Assembly (NCBI GenBank): GCA_944392425.1
Contig: CALXWM010000001.1
Span: forward strand, 89,589-143,651
Source of the DNA: an uncultured Clostridia bacterium
Lineage (GTDB): Bacteria > Bacillota > Clostridia > TANB77 > CAG-508
Direction of reading: 5' to 3'
Length of the DNA: 54,063 bases
Numbering within the stretch: position 1 is the stretch's first letter; every line of letters starts with the position of its first letter. The position numbers were made by a program, and so were the translations under genes. The notes below the pieces were generated by a model. That model was not told where the DNA came from and searched no databases. It was given only the letters and a program-made list of their open reading frames with translations. Of this stretch, positions 51,067-54,063 are shown piece after piece.

Positions 51067-51245
51067 ATATTCTCTTATGACGAAAATGTAAAGTCTAGTA
51101 ATAACAAAGGTTTCCTCCTACAAACAATTTAGTAAAAATCATAAATTTTCAAATATTTAAAAGATGAATTGTAAAAAATAAAAACAATTTCATCTTTTTT
51201 TGATTTTATAATAAAAATTTAAAATTGAGAGGAGATTTAAAAATT

Positions 51246-51638
51246 ATGGAGAACAAAGAATTAAAAGAAAGATTTATTGATGAAAGAACAGGAATAGAAT
51301 ATGTAAGACAAGGAGATTATTATATTCCAAATTTAGTATTACCAAAACAAAAGAAAATACATTTGAATAAATACGGAAGAATGAGATTAAACTATTTAAA
51401 AGAACATAAAAAAGCAGAATATACAATAATGTTTATGGAAAATACAATAATAGACCATTTAGAAGAAATACAGGAAACAGCAACTAAAAGAGTTAATCAA
51501 ATTATTGATGATTTGAAAGCAAAAAGTAATTTAACAGAAGATATGAAAAATACAGATATGCTTTATTGGGTGGGAACTATGAATGCAATTAGGCAACAAG
51601 CAGAGGAGATTATATTAAATGAATTAATATATGTATGA
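51246..51638 (+). CDS. tnpV: TnpV family protein
   Basis: Y.RQGDYYIPNL, KYGRMRLNYLKEH and WVGTMNAIRQQAEEII..ELIY. Confidence 0.88.
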   Translation: MENKELKERFIDERTGIEYVRQGDYYIPNLVLPKQKKIHLNKYGRMRLNYLKEHKKAEYTIMFMENTIIDHLEEIQETATKRVNQIIDDLKAKSNLTEDMKNTDMLYWVGTMNAIRQQAEEIILNELIYV

Positions 51639-51747
51639 AAATTTATAGATTTAATGGAAAAATTTTGAGTTTTATGATATAGTATGAACTAATAAAAGAG
51701 AAAATGTAATTTGGCAACAGCCGTTGCTAAATTAGAAAGAAGGTAAA

Positions 51748-52812
51748 ATGAACGAATTAGAGAACATAGATAACATAAATATAGATGATTTATATAATAA
51801 AATAGTTGATAAAATTGAAAAAGCAAAAAGAAATGTAGCATTAAAAGTAAATGAAGAAATGACAATATTATATTGGAATATAGGAAAAGATATAACTGAA
51901 AATGTCTTAAATTATGAAAGAGCTGAATATGGAAAGGCTGTAATAAAAAAGTTAAGTCAAAGGTTAACAGTTGAATATGGACGAGGATATAGTAGTGCAA
52001 ATTTATTTAGAATGCTAAAAGTCTATGAATATTATCCAGATTTTCAAAAATTCTCGACACTGTCGAGAAAATTAAGTTGGTCACATTTTGTTGAACTATT
52101 ACAAGTTAAAGATAGTTTAAAAAGAGATTTCTACACAACAATGTGTGAAAATGAGTTTTGGGGAGTTAGAACATTAAGAGAAAGAATTGGCTCAGCATTA
52201 TTTGAAAGAACAGCAATATCTAAAATGCCAGAACAGACTATTGTAAATGATTTGAAATTGCTAAACGAAGAAAACAAGATGACAACTAATTTATTTTTTA
52301 GAGATCCATATATATTAGACTTTTTGGATTTAAAAGACACTTATAGCGAAAAAGATTTAGAAAATGCAATTATAAGTGAATTAGAAAAGTTTATTTTAGA
52401 AATGGGAAATGATTTTGCTTTTCTAGCTAGGCAAAAAAGAATAACAATAGATGGAGAAGATTATTATATAGATTTATTATTCTATCATAGAAAAATGAAA
52501 AGGTTAGTAGTTATAGAATTAAAGCTAGATAAATTTAGACCAGAATATAAAGGTCAGGTTGAATTATATTTGAAATGGTTAGACAAATATGAAAAAGCAG
52601 AAGGAGAAGAATCACCAATTGCAATCATATTATGTGCGACAAAAAGTGATATGATGGCACAATTACTAGAATTAGATAATAGTGGAATACATGTTGCACA
52701 ATATTTGACAGAATATGTACCAAAAGAAATATTAGAACAAAAATTTATGGATAGTATAGAAAAGGCTAAAGTTCAACTAGAACAAAGAAAAAATATTGAA
52801 GATAAAGAGTAA
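51748..52812 (+). CDS. YhcG/DUF1016 family PD-(D/E)XK nuclease
   Basis: YWNIG, YGRGYS..NL..M, LSWSH, RDPY.LDFL, IDLLFYHR..LVVIELK and IAIILC. Confidence 0.92.
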   Translation: MNELENIDNINIDDLYNKIVDKIEKAKRNVALKVNEEMTILYWNIGKDITENVLNYERAEYGKAVIKKLSQRLTVEYGRGYSSANLFRMLKVYEYYPDFQKFSTLSRKLSWSHFVELLQVKDSLKRDFYTTMCENEFWGVRTLRERIGSALFERTAISKMPEQTIVNDLKLLNEENKMTTNLFFRDPYILDFLDLKDTYSEKDLENAIISELEKFILEMGNDFAFLARQKRITIDGEDYYIDLLFYHRKMKRLVVIELKLDKFRPEYKGQVELYLKWLDKYEKAEGEESPIAIILCATKSDMMAQLLELDNSGIHVAQYLTEYVPKEILEQKFMDSIEKAKVQLEQRKNIEDKE

Positions 52813-53000
52813 TCTAAATTTTCTCGACACTGTCGAGAAAATTCAAAATAAAAAATTGCTTTGAATTTAGAAATAAGTTCAAGGCGATTTTTTTTGGAAA
52901 TTTTTTATCTACAATTTTAAGATATAAACTTATATTGCTTATATATCAAAAGCGAAAATAAAGCCAAAATAAAGCGAACGAATTTGAAAGAGAGGAGGGG

Positions 53001-53504
53001 ATGGCAATGTCAAATTTAAATTTAAAAGGATTATGGATTCCAATAGAAATATTAACAGACAAAAATTTAAGTGATAAAGAAAAACATATATATTCACTTG
53101 TAATATTTTTAAGTCAAGAAAAACAATATTGCTTTTGTACCAATAAAACTATAGGCGAACTTTTAAATATATCAGTAACACAAGTATCAAAGCTAGTAAA
53201 TTCATTAAAAGATAAAGGTTATATAAATATTGAAATGGTATATAAAGAAAATAGTAAAGAAGTAGATATTAGAAAACTAATACCTATTGAAGAAAAGTTA
53301 AATACCCTATTTAACAAAAGTTTAATACCCTCCCCAACAAAACTTCAATACCCTATTGAAGAAAAGTTTAAGGATAATAAATATAATATAAATAAATATA
53401 AAAATACTAATAATAAAAGGCTTTGCAATTTTGAACAAAGAGATTACGAAAAAGAAGGCTTTGATTTTAATAGCTTATATGCAAATAATAATTTTACATC
53501 GTAG
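53001..53504 (+). CDS. HTH-domain replication initiator-like protein
   Basis: WIP.EIL.D..LS..EK, CF.TN and L..KGYI winged-HTH pattern with internal direct repeats. The true start may be ATG 53007. Confidence 0.65.
   Translation: MAMSNLNLKGLWIPIEILTDKNLSDKEKHIYSLVIFLSQEKQYCFCTNKTIGELLNISVTQVSKLVNSLKDKGYINIEMVYKENSKEVDIRKLIPIEEKLNTLFNKSLIPSPTKLQYPIEEKFKDNKYNINKYKNTNNKRLCNFEQRDYEKEGFDFNSLYANNNFTS
53279..53369 (+). repeat. Four ~23-bp iteron-like direct repeats
   Basis: AATACC(C)TATTGAAGAAAAGTT-like units at 53279, 53301, 53324 and 53347. Confidence 0.7.
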
Positions 53505-53766
53505 TTATGCTGTAAAACAAAATGAAAGTGTAGGTTTTTTTAAAGTAAAACTTATGCTTTTATTTTGGAATTTTGAAACCGAATAGGTTTCAAAAAGAGT
53601 CAAGAAAAAATATATAATATGTTTTTCTTGGCTCTCTTAACCATAAATTGCGGATAGCAAATTATGGTTAAGCATAAAAATATACTTGTTATATTTTTAT
53701 GGAAAAACTAAAAATGCAGTAAAGCTATTTTTAGTTTTTTGGGGTGCAGGAACTCCTGCCACACTG

Positions 53767-53810
53767 ACACTTTTTAGCAATAGCGTAAAAAAAGTGTTGT
53801 AGTGTGTTAC
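53767..53810 (+). promoter_or_regulatory. MOBV-type oriT / RSA site
   Basis: Inverted repeat ACACTTTTT/AAAAAGTGT followed by TGTAGTGTGTTAC, resembling the pMV158-family nick region, upstream of the relaxase. Confidence 0.7.
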
Positions 53811-53974
53811 AATACAAAGTAAAAATGCGAGGTGCAGAGGTAGTTTCTATATGTGGAATTGCTACTAGAAAAGCACCTTGTGTTTTTGCTTGTATTACCC
53901 CTTACGATAGCCAAGCTATCGCCCATTATGAGAGTCAAAAAAGTCGGCTAAAAATTAGAAGGAGGTTATAGAAT

Positions 53975-54063
53975 ATGAGTTTTGCAATTATTAGAAACAC
54001 AAAATACAAAAGAGAAAATTTAAAAGGAATATACAGACACAACGAAAGAAGAAATAAAAATTA
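53975..54063 (+). CDS. MobV/Pre-family relaxase, N-terminus (runs off window)
   Basis: GGAGG RBS; MSFAIIRNTKYKRENLKGIYRHNERRNKN contains the HNER motif I of Mob_Pre. Confidence 0.8.
   Translation, partial: MSFAIIRNTKYKRENLKGIYRHNERRNKN

Larger units (their letters stand above)
51061..54063 (+). mobile_element. Left part of an integrative mobilizable element (TnpV, DUF1016, Rep-like HTH, oriT, MobV)
   Basis: Gene content resembles Tn4451/Tn4453-type mobilizable elements. The left boundary is inferred from the pilin break; no recombinase is visible in the window. Confidence 0.7.

Noticed and set aside
50868-51068. 66-aa minus-strand ORF over the pilin remnant
   Set aside because: Phe-rich shadow of an A-rich plus strand. 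The promoter, RBS and motif all support the plus strand.
1-54063. rRNA, tRNA or riboswitch genes
   Set aside because: None were recognised. The GC-rich intergenic segments are explained by the repeat family and lack tRNA cloverleaf motifs.

Overview
AT-rich chromosomal window from a spore-forming Clostridia-class Firmicute. This call is an inference from spoIIE, the mre/min cluster, strong AGGAGG ribosome-binding sites and a GITLIALVVT prepilin motif. Left to right it holds: the end of a type VII secretion locus (essC C-terminus, EsaB/YukD-like protein); prfA; a ZIP transporter; an unannotated type I toxin-antitoxin-like module; a GC-rich, 5'-truncated foreign purC fragment; pcrA; mecA; radC-mreBCD-mrdA-minC interspersed with structured GC-rich repeats; two giant cell-surface proteins, one with a probable thioester domain; spoIIE; two BspA-type LRR proteins with near-identical C-terminal dockerins followed by a sortase-anchored cohesin protein; housekeeping genes; an Rpn nuclease; and the left end of a TnpV/MobV mobilizable element. 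The strongest candidates for new biology are three. (1) A non-cellulosomal cohesin-dockerin system that may display hypervariable LRR receptors. (2) A DUF1016/YhcG gene whose variable motif is a DNA palindrome with matching copies on both sides of the gene. (3) A mobile element that appears to integrate into a pilin signal-peptide sequence. All product calls come from motif recognition; no database searches were run.
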